The position numbers were made by a program, and so were the translations under genes. DNA of 64,000 nucleotides from Camelus ferus (Eukaryota). The DNA lies in the NCBI RefSeq assembly GCF_009834535.1, contig NC_045709.1, positions 10,726,001 through 10,790,000 on the forward strand, read 5' to 3'. Numbering within the stretch: position 1 is the first letter of the stretch; each line of letters opens with the position of its first letter. Below the pieces are notes generated by a model, which saw only the letters and a program-made list of their open reading frames with translations, was not told where the DNA came from and made no database searches. Shown one piece after another: positions 1-14,025 of the stretch.

Positions 1-49
1 TGTAACAGTTTTCTTCTTAAATTACAATTGGAATTTCTCGGGTTATTAG

Positions 50-330
50 CTTATTGAGCGTTTACTACATGCCCGGAGCCACATTAGAGGTGGGAGACAA
101 AAAGAGGAATAACGCATGGTGCCCCCACTCAGTGAGCTCATGGTCAGCAGCAGACATGGCAAATGAACAGACAGTTCTGGTGCCGAGTCCTGGGTGCTGA
201 GATAAGGGTGAGACCCAAGGAGGAGGGAAATCCACGCATTAGATTGTGGATGTGAGAAATGGCTTCCTGGGGCAGTGCTTTCTCTGCTGTCTTAAAAGAC
301 AAGAAGTTAGCCAGGTGAACAGGGTGTGAT
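50..330 (-). mobile_element. L2 3' region
   Basis: ttattgagcgtttactacatgcccgg...ggaaggcttc-like L2 antisense sequence. Confidence 0.6.
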
Positions 331-1464
331 GGAGAGGGAAAAAGGGGAGAGGAGGTATCGTTTCTATGCTGAGCGAACTGCACGTGTCTGGAAGACAGAT
401 CGGGGAATATAATTACCCATCTTGTGGTCTGACTGCGAGGGGCTGCAGGAACTGCATGCTCTGTTATCAATCATTATTTTACTGTCTGCCGTCTTCAGGG
501 GGAGGTCTGGAAAGTGTAATGGAATATTCTTTGCAGCTCATATTGAATGTTTACTGCCCTTCAACTCTGCAAGCCAGATACCAGCCAAGTAACGGAGACC
601 TCCCAGTAACCGATGCTCACAGGAAACCTGCACTTACTGAAGTAAAGATACTAATCACTGTGTTTGCAGAAAGTCTCCCCAACAGATCTGAAACATAATT
701 CCCAACGGTGTGAAACAGATCCAGAACCTGCTTCCCACTGCATATGCAATTTATATGCGGATGAATTGGATTCCGATCCTTCTATCACAGGGGAGGAAAA
801 AATCTTCCATTTGCTGTTGACATGGTCGTATTTCATGAACCAGGATTGAATGGCTGCAATAGAAAATTGATTCTGAAAGCTAACTATTGTCAGAACAAAA
901 CTACTTTAAATGAAAATCAATCATTTTTGGCAGGCTTTCTCCAGAATTCCATTGGTTCTGTTTAAATCATTCTTGTAGCAGGTGAATTTCTTCAGTTGGG
1001 GTGGGGTGGGAGGCAAGGTGGTGCAGGGACGGCCGTACCTTTTGCAGCTTGTTCATCCAGGCAGACATATCAGGAATCCAAGCTGTTCAGAACTAGATGA
1101 TCTGCAGGAGGATTAATGAAATATCTTCTGGCTGTAGTGGGTGACCAGAAACCCTGGCCTTGGACAATGTCCAGCCCAAACCACCTGGGCAGTGTTCAGT
1201 GGGGCACTGCAGCCAATCCCAAACTGCCTCTCCGGCCAGCCAGGCTCTGTGGCCAGCATCCCAGAGGCTCTTCTCTGTGGTCCACCCAAGACCCAGTTCC
1301 ACTAGGTGGCTCAGTTCTCAGAGTGATGCTGGCTGTTTACCTGCTCACCCAGCCCTAAGAGTATGGGGAGCTATCCTCAGTGAGGACCCCAAAAGCTGAC
1401 GGGCACTCAGGGCAGAATCAGAGCATAATTTCCAACTTTTCCTCCGCACGTCCCATCAAAAGCC

Positions 1465-1790
1465 AAGCTCATCAGCTGTAAAAAGGAAGGAAGNNNNNNN
1501 NNNNNNNNNNNNNNNNNNNNNNNNNNNNNNNNNNNNNNNNNNNNNNNNNNNNNNNNNNNNNNNNNNNNNNNNNNNNNNNNNNNNNNNNNNNNNNNNNNNN
1601 NNNNNNNNNNNNNNNNNNNNNNNNNNNNTGCTGGTTACCAGAAGTGGGGGTGGGGGAGAATGGGGAGTCACTGCTTAATTGATACAGACTTTCTGTCTGG
1701 GGTGATGAAAAAGTTCTGGGGATGGACAGTAGTGGGCTAAACGCCAGTGAGTCGTACACTTAAAAATGGTTCAAATGATAAATTTAAAAA
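1465..1790 (+). mobile_element. L1MB 3' end spanning the first N gap
   Basis: gtggggagaatggggagtcactgcttaattgatacagactttctgtctggggtgatgaaaaagttctgg. Confidence 0.65.
1494..1628. other. Assembly gap (135 N)
   Basis: N run. Confidence 1.
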
Positions 1791-4384
1791 ATTTAAGTAT
1801 TTTATTTAAAAGACTTATATTTTAAGAAATAAATGATAAATGTCAAACCTTCTATAAATACACTCCCCTGATTCCTAAATGAAGTATTTTTAGAGCCTCC
1901 ATGACCTCTTAAGGAATTCATTTTCTGGTGTCCTATGTGCTTTTGAAAAATATTTTAAAAAGATATTAATTAGGGCTTAATAGACTTTTGGATGTATTGT
2001 TATGAGTTTATATAAATGACCATATGGAAAAGTTCACAAAAGTCTAGTGTAAAGAAATCTGATTACTGTCTGGCAATTAACAATCTGAAAGATACCTGTA
2101 TGACACATTTTTCTTTAAGAGAAATTTATATAATATCAGTCAAAGAAAAGCACTTAATTTCTTAATTCATGAACTGCGACGGTCTTCATTACCCATAATC
2201 TGGGGACACTACAGAGCACTCATTTAAGGTACAATGACGCGTCATGTTGAAAATGGTAAATGTTATGTTTGCTTTACCACCTCCCCTACCCTCCCCCAAA
2301 AGAGCCAGGCTGAGAGAAGCAAAGTTTGAGGATGAGTGAAGAGAGAAAAGTGAAATAACTCAGAGCTCTCCCAGCAGAAATTACCACGGGAACGAGGGTG
2401 AGGAGGGAAATACACAGAGGCCGAGTCCAGCCCTAACCCAGACAAGACCCCAGAACGGGTTGAAAGGGAGAAAGTTGCTTTCCAAGATGCTGGGATGAAG
2501 GGGAAAATAGCAAAAATCGTGACAGAGCAGCTTTTTACTTTTCCCAGGCATTTTCCTCTAAAAGTGTGCCATATTCTCAGAGGACTTTGACAATGGTTTT
2601 TGGGAGTTGTGTGTGGCCCTTCTGGGCCTCGGGCATCTGAATCCTCCTCTGGGTCCCAAAGGGGCCGGCAGAAGTCAGGTACCAGGTGCCTTTCCCTAGG
2701 CCACCTCTAAGATGTGTGCAGTGCCACTGCCCTGGGACTGTCCCCGCAGGAGCTCTGAGAGATGCCTCCAAGAATCTGTGTCCTGGGTCCCTGCCTGGCT
2801 TTCATACAAGAGCGATCGTGCTTGTGGAACAAGAATAGGAACTTTGACCTGCTTTACCAGCACCTAGAAGACTTCCTGATGCATAGTATGTGCTCAGTAA
2901 ATGTATGTTGATGAGGGAAGGAAGGATATACCTCTTGATGTACTGTTACTAAAATATTAGGGCATTAACAAACCACAGCATGCATGGAAATTTGGGAATT
3001 TAAAGCTGGGCAAAGTCTTGCTTTTTCTAAGCAACGGGTATGGTTCTAATTCTCAGACAGTCAGAATTCTGAAATGAGTCCAGCTCTTTTTACGCTGTAG
3101 CTTCCAGGAGGTGCAGAGCCAAGTCCAGCTGTCGGATCTGCAGGGTTTTTCGTTTGTTTGTTTTAATGGTCTTGATTTTCTGTGGATGCTTTTTCTCTCC
3201 CCACTTTCCAATTTCTGTTGCTACCTTCTGCTGCGGGTGTGTGGCTCAGCCCAGACACTCCGTAGAATGAGTTAGGAAGTAAGAAGTACTTCCATTGAAA
3301 TGATTTGAAGACACAGTACCTACCCATCATGTAGTTCCTTTTGTAGCTATGCTCACAGTTTCCCCAGCTTCTCCCTCATGCAAAAGCTGGTAATACAAAC
3401 TCAACATTTCAGTGCTTGAGAGGCGCAGAGGAAAAACGGAATCGGAGGGTAGCCATGTGAAAAGCAGGTGTCAAGTCTGAGGGGGATTCTGCTCCTGGAT
3501 TGTGGAGGGGAGGGAGCTTAAAGTATGCCTCCTGATCATGCATCTGGTCCAAAAGACCCACTCCAAACACGCTGGCCTTCTGCCGCATGAATTTTGGCCC
3601 TGTGTCATCCATTCTAAGATTTGAGCATCCCAACACCGATGCAAGTCCTCAGATATGGGTTTTTTTGTTTTGATTTTTAAATGTTGTAAAAAGTACATCC
3701 CATTCATTTTTATAATGACCTTGTATTTTGAGGAAGGAACAGATTCTCCCAGGACCTGGCCAGGACCCCCACCTTGCTGGGGCTCTGGGGGGCTTCCCAT
3801 ACCCACCTCAGACTGGTTGCATCTCTGCCCTCCCATCCACCCACATGGTGCCCTTCCAGGCTCTCAGTATCCCTCGGGTGGTCTGGGACAACAGACCATT
3901 TGGCACCCTGGGGCATCATTTAGACACCACTAACATTTCAATGGGGCCTATTGGAGTGCCTCACTCCAGGGCATGAGAAATTGTGGGTCTGGACCATCAG
4001 TGGCTTGTGAAATATATTTAGTATATCACAACCAACATTTAAAAAATAGTATGGAATACTTTGAAAATCATCAGAGTACCAAACAGAGAACAGGAATAAG
4101 TCAATCTCATGAATCTTTTGTTCTGGTTGTGTATTTGGGTAAACTGGGTCAATATCTAAAATATATTTCTAACGTTTTTTTTTTAAAGAGTTTAAAAGTC
4201 ATTACCTTTTCCCCCAGAGAGAGACAGACAGGGGAACTTGGGTTCTGTGGCCAGGCCAGGGGCTGGTATCTGTCGGAGGGGATGGCCTCCAGGGGTACCC
4301 CGGGAACCCCACTCACTCCCTACGTGAAGGCCAGTTCCCTGATCTATGGCACAAGAGACGTCAGGCTTTAAAGTTAATGAAGCA

Positions 4385-4560
4385 TCCATAAGTGACCAGT
4401 AAATACTCACTGCTACGCTCTGGGGATAGAAAAATGACAAAGATACTGTCTCAGCTTTGTCACACTTACCAAGCTCACTGCAGCCCACCAGCGGAGACAC
4501 ACACGTTGAAGAACCACATAGGATGTGATAAATGCTACAACAGAGATGTGCTTAGACTAA
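4385..4560 (-). mobile_element. L2 fragment
   Basis: ctctggggatagaaaaatgacaaagatactgtctcagc...gtgataaatgctac. Confidence 0.55.
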
Positions 4561-4596
4561 GGCTGGAGAAGAGAAAAGACTAATTCTCTGGAGGGG

Positions 4597-5038
4597 TGCA
4601 TTCAGTTCCTGGGGCCGCCATAACAAAGTACCACAAACTGGGCTGCTTAGTGCCACAGAAGTTTATTCTCTCACAGTTCTGGAGGCCAGAAGTCTGAGAT
4701 CAGGGTGCCCGCAGGGCCATGCTCTCTTTGAAAGCACTAGGGAAGCATGTGTTCCAGGCCCCCTGCACCATGCCCCCACCAGGTTCTGGTAGTTTCTTGG
4801 CTTCCATAACTCCAGCCTTCACATGGCGTTAACCCCAGGTGCGTGCACGTGTCCCAAAGTCTCCTGCTTGGGAAGGTCCCAGTGATGCTAGATTCGGGGC
4901 CCACCCTAATAACCTGCGATCACTCTAATTAACTAATTACATCTGTAATCACCCTACTTCCAAATAAGGTCACCTTCTGGGGTACTGGGGATTAGGACTG
5001 AAACAGGATTTGGGGGAGACACAATGCACCACATGACA
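4597..5038 (-). mobile_element. MLT1C MaLR solo LTR
   Basis: gccataacaaagtaccacaaactggg...cagttctggaggccagaagtctgagatc...gggggagacacaat; flanks agggg and ggggg resemble a 5-bp TSD. Confidence 0.82.
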
Positions 5039-5379
5039 GGGGGTCAGGGGAGAGAGTGGTGTTTGCCCGAAATCTGAACATCAGCAAGTATTTTCTGCCA
5101 ACAAAGGATAGTGATGATGTTCCAGAAGGAAGGGGCTCTCCTGTTCCCCTGCCCCTGCCACGCACAGAGAGCTGGGGAGGCCACCTTGCTAGCTACGGAG
5201 ATGGGGCCCCACTGTTTTTCAGGCCACCCAGCCTACAGCTCTTTCTGTAGGAGAGCAGCCTGTCTCGAGGCTCGGACGAGCCACCTGCAGCTTACATTCC
5301 AGAGCAGTGAACGCTGGACTACCTAGTGTGCGCCGGGTCCTGTCACAGGCCAGCTCCGCCTTCCTCCTCACAACGTGTA

Positions 5380-5500
5380 TGCTTATTTCCACGCAGTTGC
5401 TCCAGAAACAGAGGCCCAGAGAAGGAAAGTCGCCTTGACAAAGGCACACAGCTGGTGAATACAGAGCTGAATTTCAGGCCTTGGTCTGACTGACTTCAAA
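5380..5500 (-). mobile_element. MIR SINE
   Basis: gaaacagaggcccagagaaggaaagtcgccttgacaaaggcacacagctggtga. Confidence 0.65.
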
Positions 5501-5522
5501 GCTGTTTTAAAACTCTTTCCTG

Positions 5523-6255
5523 ACTTAGTTCACCAAGCATCTCATCCACATGGCTGCAAGTGGCAGTATTTCATTCTCTTTTATGACTGACTCATCTTCT
5601 GAATCCAATCATCTGTCGATGGACATTTGGGTTGCTTCCATGTCTTGCTATTGTAAATAGTGCTGCTGTGAACACTGGGGTGCAGGTGTCTTTTTGAATC
5701 AGTGTTTTCATTTTTTTCAGATATATACACAGGAGTGGGATTGCTGGATCATACGGTAGTTCCATTTTTTATTTTTTAAGGAACCTCCATACGGTTTTCC
5801 ACAGTGGCTGCACCAAGTTACATTCCCACCAACAGTGTAGGAGGGTTCCCTTTTCTCCTAGAGAATACGATGCTTAGTGAAATAAGTCATACAAAGAAGG
5901 ACAAATACTATATGATATCACTTATAGGTAGAATCTAAAAAATGATACAAATGAATGTGTGTGCTAAACAGAAACAGTCTCACAAATACAGAAAACAAAA
6001 GGGGTCACTAAAGGGGAGAGGGGAGGGGAGAGGGACAAATTAGAGGTATGGGATTAACAGATACAAACTACTCTATTTAAAATAGATAAGCAACAAGGAT
6101 TTACTGTACAGCTTAGGGAATTATATCCATTATCTTGTGATAACCTATAATGGAATAAAATCGGCAAAAATACTGAATCACTGTGCTGTACGCCTGAAAC
6201 TAACACAACATTGTAAATCAACTATACTTCAGTAAAACACAAACAAATCAAAAAT
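5523..6255 (+). mobile_element. 5'-truncated, 5'-inverted L1 (Cetartiodactyla/L1MA-type 3' end); 5523-5858 antisense, 5858-6255 sense
   Basis: Recognisable L1 ORF2-end/3'UTR sequence in two orientations; A-rich tail; TSD ctctttcctg at 5513-5522 and 6256-6265; TT|AAAA at 5507-5512. Confidence 0.88.
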
Positions 6256-7479
6256 CTCTTTCCTGTTACATTACAGTAAGAGGTATCTCCTGAGGAAATC
6301 TGTCCGCCACATCGCGCCTGGGCCCCTCACCACAGCCAGCCCTGCTGGGCCACAGCCAGAGCAGGCACTTTGCCTCGGACCCCTCCCTCTGTCTTCAGAT
6401 GCTGAACTAGGAAGGAAGCAGGGAAGAAGACGACTAGGTTCTGCAAAAAGAGGACTCCATGTTACAGGAAAGTGTAGTGTCCAGAGGGAACCCAACCAGA
6501 GCTGAGAGCGCCAGGCTACTCAGGCTGGAAGGGAGTCCAAAAGCCACTGCAATCTCCTCTGTCCTCAGAGGTGGCCCCAAAGGAGGGGTGACTAGCCCAG
6601 AGATCTCCAGCTGGCTGGCTGCAGGGTCAGTACCAGGACCTGAGAGCACTCTGTATGGGCCACAACACTGACATATGTCTGGAGTTAAGATGATGACTGA
6701 AACTGCTCCCATCTGGCATGAAACGCAGACAGTTGAAACCAGTTGGGTGAGGCCAAGCCCTAGAGATCTGATAGCAGGCCGGTCATTCAGCGTTAATGGG
6801 ATTTGCACGGCCTGCAGGACACGCCAGGGAGGCAGCCAGGATGTGGGACAGACAGGCTGCTTGGAATACCTTAGAGCCCGGTCATTGGAAAAACGATTGA
6901 TGAGAATTTAAAACAAAACAGCCTCAAACCTCAGACTTTTTTTCTTTTTAATTGAGGAAACCAAGGAATGAGTAACAATGAGTTGCGGAGGTTGGGGGTG
7001 GGATCTCATCAGAATCCAGTCCCAGCTTGCTGTCCTGAGATACAGAGGGGCTGTCTCCCACCTCCTCTTTGGGCATGACTGGAATTATCTCAAAGAGAGG
7101 CAGTGTGTGCAAACACTGTGACGAGTATAACGACAAGTTAAGTGCAGCTTCTTTCTCTCACTCATTTCCTGCTGGGGGGGCCTGGGCTGGAAGCCTGCAA
7201 CGCCCAGCAGAGCTGTCATTCAATCTTCTGCGAGTCACAGACTCCTTCTAAGGCAGTGCTTGCCGGGGGAGGGGGCCAAATACATGGGCCCACGGTCCGG
7301 AGGCAGCAAACCCTCCCCAGGTTTACTTTTCACCGGGACTTTTAGAGGTGCTCGTAACAATAAAAAGAGCAACGACCATTTGTTGAGAAGTGATTTGCCG
7401 TCACCCAAATGCCATACAAGCCTTCTCTCTCCCAGGAAGTGGGCAGACGTGCCCTGCAAACAGTCTGCCTGACGCCAAG

Positions 7480-8300
<821 letters not shown>

Positions 8301-9469
8301 GACCTGGGCATCTCTCATGGGGGGAACCTTTACATCCAATAACCACGATGCCATAAACCACCTGAGGGTGTGAGGAAGTGCACTGTGAGCTTAAAACCTC
8401 TCTCCCTGACTGGCTTTATGCACCATTTAGAGCAAATACCTTCCCAGCTCTTCCATCGAAGGCTCCAGCTGGATGGGGAAAGCATGACATCGCATTTCCT
8501 GCTCAGCTATTTTCTTTCCTTTTCCGTTTCTGGATGTGGGCTCACTGGATCCGACTTGCTCTTGGTGTGCCTGTTTATGTTTCCACCTCGGCTGAGCTGG
8601 CCCTGGTCCTGAACTCCCTGTCTCCAAATGAAATCCTGCTTTGCAAAGACACCGCTAAGCCAAGTACAGCGTGTTGCTTGAGGTTAAAATCCAGTCCCCC
8701 GAGATGGACCCGGGTGGACACAGCCACGGCCGCTGGCAGGAGGCTCACAGATCCCGGTTACGCTGGACTCTGAGCAGCATCCGAGCGCCCTGGAGGCGCC
8801 TCTCCCTGCAGTAACTGGACCTCGCTGCCGTTACCGGATAGCAGTCCATTGTGGAGAGGGGAGGATTCAGATATCCGGACCACACTTTCTGCACAAAAGC
8901 CTCAGGGAGCTGAGGGTGACCACCCATGTGGGGCAGATTCGTTAGCGTGAGCATATTTTCATTCCAATAGACTCACTGTAATCAGACACAAACTATTTTT
9001 TCAAGAGCATCCTTTGAGTACATTAGAATTTCAGGGATGGTCCCGCTAGGATTTTTCCCAGGGAAATGCGAAACATCATTATTGCACTCATTTTGCTGCA
9101 CAGTCCCTTTCTCTCCCAGACTTCGCTCAGAAAGCTGAAGCCTGAAAATCTCCAGCCATAGGCATTTTCTTAAGCTGAGAGGCAACAATGAGCCCCGAGA
9201 AACTGTAGTAAAATGTTATGAGATGTATGTATTACTATGGTTTACGTTTGCTGGTTGATTTTTGTTTGAGAAAGAAAGTGTGGTTTTATCAGATATTCAA
9301 AGAGATCTGTGATACAAAAAAATTTTAATGTTTCTATGTTGATCTAGAATAATAATCATGCCTTTTAAAACATAGCTAGAAAAGGACATTATAAATGTCT
9401 TCTGGTTGAATGCATCCTCTGCGTGAGACATTCTCCGGGGCACAGTGGTGAGATGGCCCCCGGTGTGTA

Positions 9470-9700
9470 GAAGCGTTTACGCTTTACATTTGCAGAGCGC
9501 TTTAGGGCTGATGAAGCGGTTCCACGTATGTTAACTTACTGAATCCTTGGGTTGAGAGAGAAGTATCATTTTCATCATCATCATTATTGGTCCTCAATTT
9601 ACAAACGAGAAGGCGAGCCTGGAGAAGCTGGCAGTCTTGTCTAAGGTCTATATTGGGTAAGTGAGAAACCAGTCCTCAGACCCAGTGCTCTGGCTTTGAG
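9470..9700 (-). mobile_element. MIR SINE
   Basis: cctcaattttacaaacgagaaggcgagcctggagaagc...cttgtctaaggtc. Confidence 0.6.
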
Positions 9701-10899
9701 CCCGGCAGGCTGGTCCCACTGCCCCTCATGCTCTGGCAGCATAGTCACCCGCTCTGAAGTCTCCTGCAGTAGGGGTGAGGGTAGAAGGGGGTCTCTGTTT
9801 CTCTGGCTTCAGCCCATCTCTCTGGCTTCACACAGACACAGTATCAAAGCACCCAGAATGAACGAGGGCTGATAGAATTTCTTCCCTGAGGCATCTAGGA
9901 TCTGAGACCACACAGCCTTTCTTAGTAGCCTGTGCCAGTGGGCTTATGTCTATTCCACATGAATTGAGAAACAGTTTAAATAGATAAAAAATGAAGTCTA
10001 ACAGCGCATCCAGAAGGTCACAAGAGTCTAACCTCTATTCTCACGTATAGCCTCCTCCCCTCTTTGCTGACCAGCAGGGTGCTGGATTCCTCCTGAGGGC
10101 CAGACTTGGGAGGAAATTTGAGAGAAAGTCATAGTGACATCACTTGCCCAGCGCGTCATGAATGCTGAGGAGCAGGACGGTGGCAGCAGCTGCCACAGCC
10201 CAGTCCGCTGACTCTCCCACCTCCCGTCCCAGACCAGCCCCCGAAGCCACCCTCTCTGCGCTCCCACCGATGAGGTCCCTGCAAAACCACTTGTCATCTC
10301 TGCTCAGGAAAATGCATCCCAAGTGGGAACCACCTTTGTACCATGTGGAGATTTTCTTATGGCCTCACTAGAAGGAATGGGTGGGAAATCACCTTGTGGT
10401 CTAAAAAGTGTGTTTTGAGGACATGACAAATGCCCATCAAATCCCAAATTAGGCCCCGCAGACCTGACTCCTCGCTTGCATCGTGGGGAACACAGGGCCT
10501 GCATCCTCGCCCCCAGCCCGGCCTGTCTACACCAGCCCGGCTTTAGCCTGGGCAGGAGCTGGCTACTCTTGGAGCTGGGCTCCTCACCCAGCACAGACCC
10601 TACCTGTTCTTTGCAAAGCTAGCAAGAACCTTAAGGCTTGACCAGCACCCTGGACACTCAGCCTAAGGTGACTCTCCATAACAAAACTTGATTCATTCCA
10701 GAATTTTTCAAACCCAGAGGGCAGAATCCCAGGGCAGAGCACAGCAGTCCAGAGGATGCGCCCTGTAGCAATGCCAGGAGATGGCAGCTGTGGGGGAGCC
10801 TGGAGGAGAAGGCTTAAGCTTCTGTCTGCTCCCAGGCGAGCCCCGCCTGTGCTGCTGGAGCTGCAGTGATGCTCACGGCCCGGTGTGGGGAAGAATGAG

Positions 10900-11080
10900 A
10901 CCGTGGACCTCACTCACTTGGGGACTGCGTCCCAGGTCTGCCACCTAGCAGCCTGAGAAAGTTACCTAAACTCTGAGCTCCGTCAAGCTCATCAGTAAAA
11001 GTAGGCGTTACCTGTTTTACAGAGTTTTTGTCGTGATTAAATTATATAATACAAAGGAGCACTTAACGGGTCAGATCTGC
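10900..11080 (+). mobile_element. MIR SINE
   Basis: gtcccaggtctgccacctagcagcctgagaaagttacctaaactctgagc...catcagtaaaagtagg. Confidence 0.6.
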
Positions 11081-11833
11081 TCAATTAAAAGTAGCAATTA
11101 TTACTTTCATAATAATATAAAAATATTACTACGACTATTTCTATTTTGCAGCTCCCAGTTGCCAAACTATTGTCCCAGGCAAATATTTTGCATCCAGGCC
11201 TCTTATGTTTCAGCGTTTGTAGAGATCAGAGGCTCAGGTGGACCAGCCTTAATAGCGATGAGCTTAGACATCACTAGGTTTTCCCGCTGCCCTGAATGAG
11301 GCTGAGCTTCCCTGAGATGCTAGCTGCCCTGAGCAGCCCACTTGCTTGGAGGGCACATGGCCAGGCCTGCTGTCCCCTTCCAGCATGCAGTCGGGTGAGC
11401 CAGCCCATAACCACTTCCCTGCCCCATAGGTGGGCACGGTGACTACTGGCGGCATAACCAGGGATGCTCTCGGTGAGACGCGCATCTCAACGTAGTTGCT
11501 ACTTCAGCCCTGCCAGGCTGCAACTGCACTTTCTAGAAAGAACCCAGAGTCAAAGAGAGCAATCTATGCACTCGCCCTCTGTCTAGAAATCCCCTTGGCT
11601 GTGTCCCTGACAGGAAAGCGACTCTGAGTCTGCACTTCCCAGAAGGCAGGTAAAGTGGAGAAGAGGCATGAAGGGAGGGGTGGGGGAGGGGATGCAGAGG
11701 AAGAAGGGGGAAGCTGAGAAAAGGAAGAGATCGAATCGTCTGTGCTAAATATTTAATGGAGGGTTAGATTACAAAATTCGACAACGTGTATCCCGTGTCA
11801 CACTGGTCCATTTGCACAACGTACTGGAACATT

Positions 11834-11847
11834 CCGCCTTCTGGTGG
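11834..11847 (-). promoter_or_regulatory. Candidate CTCF core motif (one mismatch)
   Basis: Minus strand CCACCAGAAGGCGG; motif match only. Confidence 0.35.
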
Positions 11848-12447
11848 TGCTGCGAACTGTGAGGAAAAGAGTTTCCCCTGGAGTCTGGGTTCTCTGGCTC
11901 AGATGCAGTGTCCTGTGTCCCTGGACCTTTGTCCAATGGAGCAGAGTTCTCCCCAGGAGCAGAGCAACTCCTGTCTCCTTGGCTTGGTCCTCCATGCAGG
12001 GAGAAGGAACTGGAATAACAGCAGATGGCTTCACCATTCCTTCTTACTTTATCATACTTAGAAATCCCTAAAAAGTGTGCCTGTAAGTAAACATCAGCTC
12101 CTCTGAGGTTTACAAGACTAAAAACATCCTGGCGCCAGAGGACACAGAGAGGTGGCTGCCCTCGAAGTCACAGCCCTGGTCTGATGGAAGGCACAATGGG
12201 CGTGTTGGAGGGCGGGAGGTAGGGTGACTCAGCTGGGCTGAGACTGGAACTGAGTAATGCGAGACTAGGGTGGGGAAAGTTGGAGGCGTGAGTCAAGGTG
12301 GTATCAGGAAGTTAAAGGAGGCTTGGAAGCCAGGTCAACATCTTTGGACTTGATTTGACTGAATATTCTCTGTCAGAGGCATAGTCACATGATTCAGAAA
12401 TCATGCCCCTCTAAGCCAGGCAAGCAGTCCTCACTGGCTCCTTCAGT

Positions 12448-12498
12448 GGGGTACCCTGGTGCAGTGCACAACACATGCAACTGTATATGACAACCCTG
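12448..12498 (-). mobile_element. MER91-like (hAT-Tip100) fragment
   Basis: Minus strand cagggttgtcatatacagttgcatgtgttgtgcactgcaccagggtacc. Confidence 0.55.
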
Positions 12499-12624
12499 AC
12501 AGGTTAAGAACTTACAGCAGAAGTTAGTGTGGCAAAGGGGATTGTGAGAAAATTCTATTTAGAAACCTTAAGTAGGATCTCTGTCAGATTTAGGGAAAGT
12601 TAGTAATAGATAAAAGTAGAAAAG

Positions 12625-13070
12625 CTTCATTTATCTATGATCATGCAGAAGACATCCCAAGACTCAGTGGCTTAAAACAGCAGTCATTTTATTTACTCAC
12701 AATACCACAATTTAGCTGGACTTTTGATGGCCATGTCAGTGGTACTCCTGTGCCTGCATTCAACCAGGGGCAGGCTGGGGCCGGGCTCAGCTTGGGGGCT
12801 GGGACACATGGCCTCTCCTCCACATGGTCCCTCCAGCAGGGGAGCCAGAATTCCTACCTGGCTGCTCAGGGTTTCCAACAGTGCGGAGGCAGAAACTGCC
12901 ACGCTTTAAGTCTCAAGACAGGAAAAAGCACCATGTTTTTCCACCACATTCTATTGATTCAGTCAAATTTCAGGACCAGCTCAGATTAAGGGGAGGGACC
13001 CCACCAGGGGATGAGTACCAGAAGGCATGGCTCACTGGGGCCACCTGCGTAATAAACCACCAGGCTGCTA
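12625..13070 (-). mobile_element. MLT1H/I/J-type MaLR LTR
   Basis: ctcagtggcttaaaacagcagtcatttta...ccacattctattgattcagtc...cagctcagattaagggg. Confidence 0.65.
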
Positions 13071-13689
13071 GGGAGCTGTGGTGACTAACCAGGTAGAGAG
13101 GGTGAGATCTCACTGGTGGGCAAACAGTGAATCATTCCTCTTAAGAAAAATCTCCAAATCATTGCTATTTGACTTGGGGTGTATTATATATCCCAATCAG
13201 TTTATCTTTCTAAGTACCTTCAGCTAAGATTAATGGCAAAATAGGTTACATTAGCTCAAATCAAACCTCATAAATCACAATAGGAGTAGGTCTCACTTTT
13301 TCCAAAATATGGAATGTGGATAATTAGGGGTGAATTATATAATGCTTGGAAAGATAAATGTAGGGACACAATCTTATTCTTAATTATTTTCATGGTGACA
13401 TACTGCAGCACGTATCAGGACTCAAGAAAAGGCAGTCTTCTCACAAAGGTTGATGTTTCTCTAGCAAACGTACGTGACCATCAACAAAAAAGTTGGGTGT
13501 GATTTTGCAAAGCCCTAGTGGAAGGCTAAGCCTGACAGTGCTTTGGGGGTTGGAATGAGGCAAAATACCTGCCTGTCCAGTTTTTTCCATCTTCTCCTGC
13601 ACCTCATCTTCTACTGTCTTCCTTCCCCATGCTCGCCTCTTTCCTCTTATTTTTTTTCTCCTTCCCTTTTCTCTGTGATTGGAGGGTAT

Positions 13690-14025
13690 TATACTACAGG
13701 ATCAGTTTGGCTTCCATAAGAGAGAAAATACATCCATTTCTCTCCCTCGTGTATCAGCGTGGAGGAAGGTGATCCCAGGCAGGTGACTCTGCTCCACGTG
13801 ACCATTCGGGGGCCCAGGTTCCTTCCATCTTGCTGTTCCTCGCTCCCTAGGGCCATTGCACTTGCCTGCATTGGTGAAGATGACGCAAAGTAAGATGTCT
13901 TCATTTTAGCCAACAGAAAAGTGGGAAAGAAAAGGACATTAAAATCCTTTCACTTTTACTCACCTCCCATTGAGCAGACTTTACTCACACGGCTGTCTGT
14001 AGCTATACGGGAGGCTGAGCAGTGT
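13690..14025 (-). mobile_element. MLT1K-like MaLR LTR
   Basis: gggcccaggttccttccatcttgctg...tcacctcccattgagcagactttactcacacggctg. Confidence 0.6.

Noticed and set aside
2234-2245. 12-bp palindrome atgacgcgtcat (bZIP-like)
   Set aside because: Lies inside an old L1 3' relic, and a palindrome of this length is not unexpected in 64 kb.
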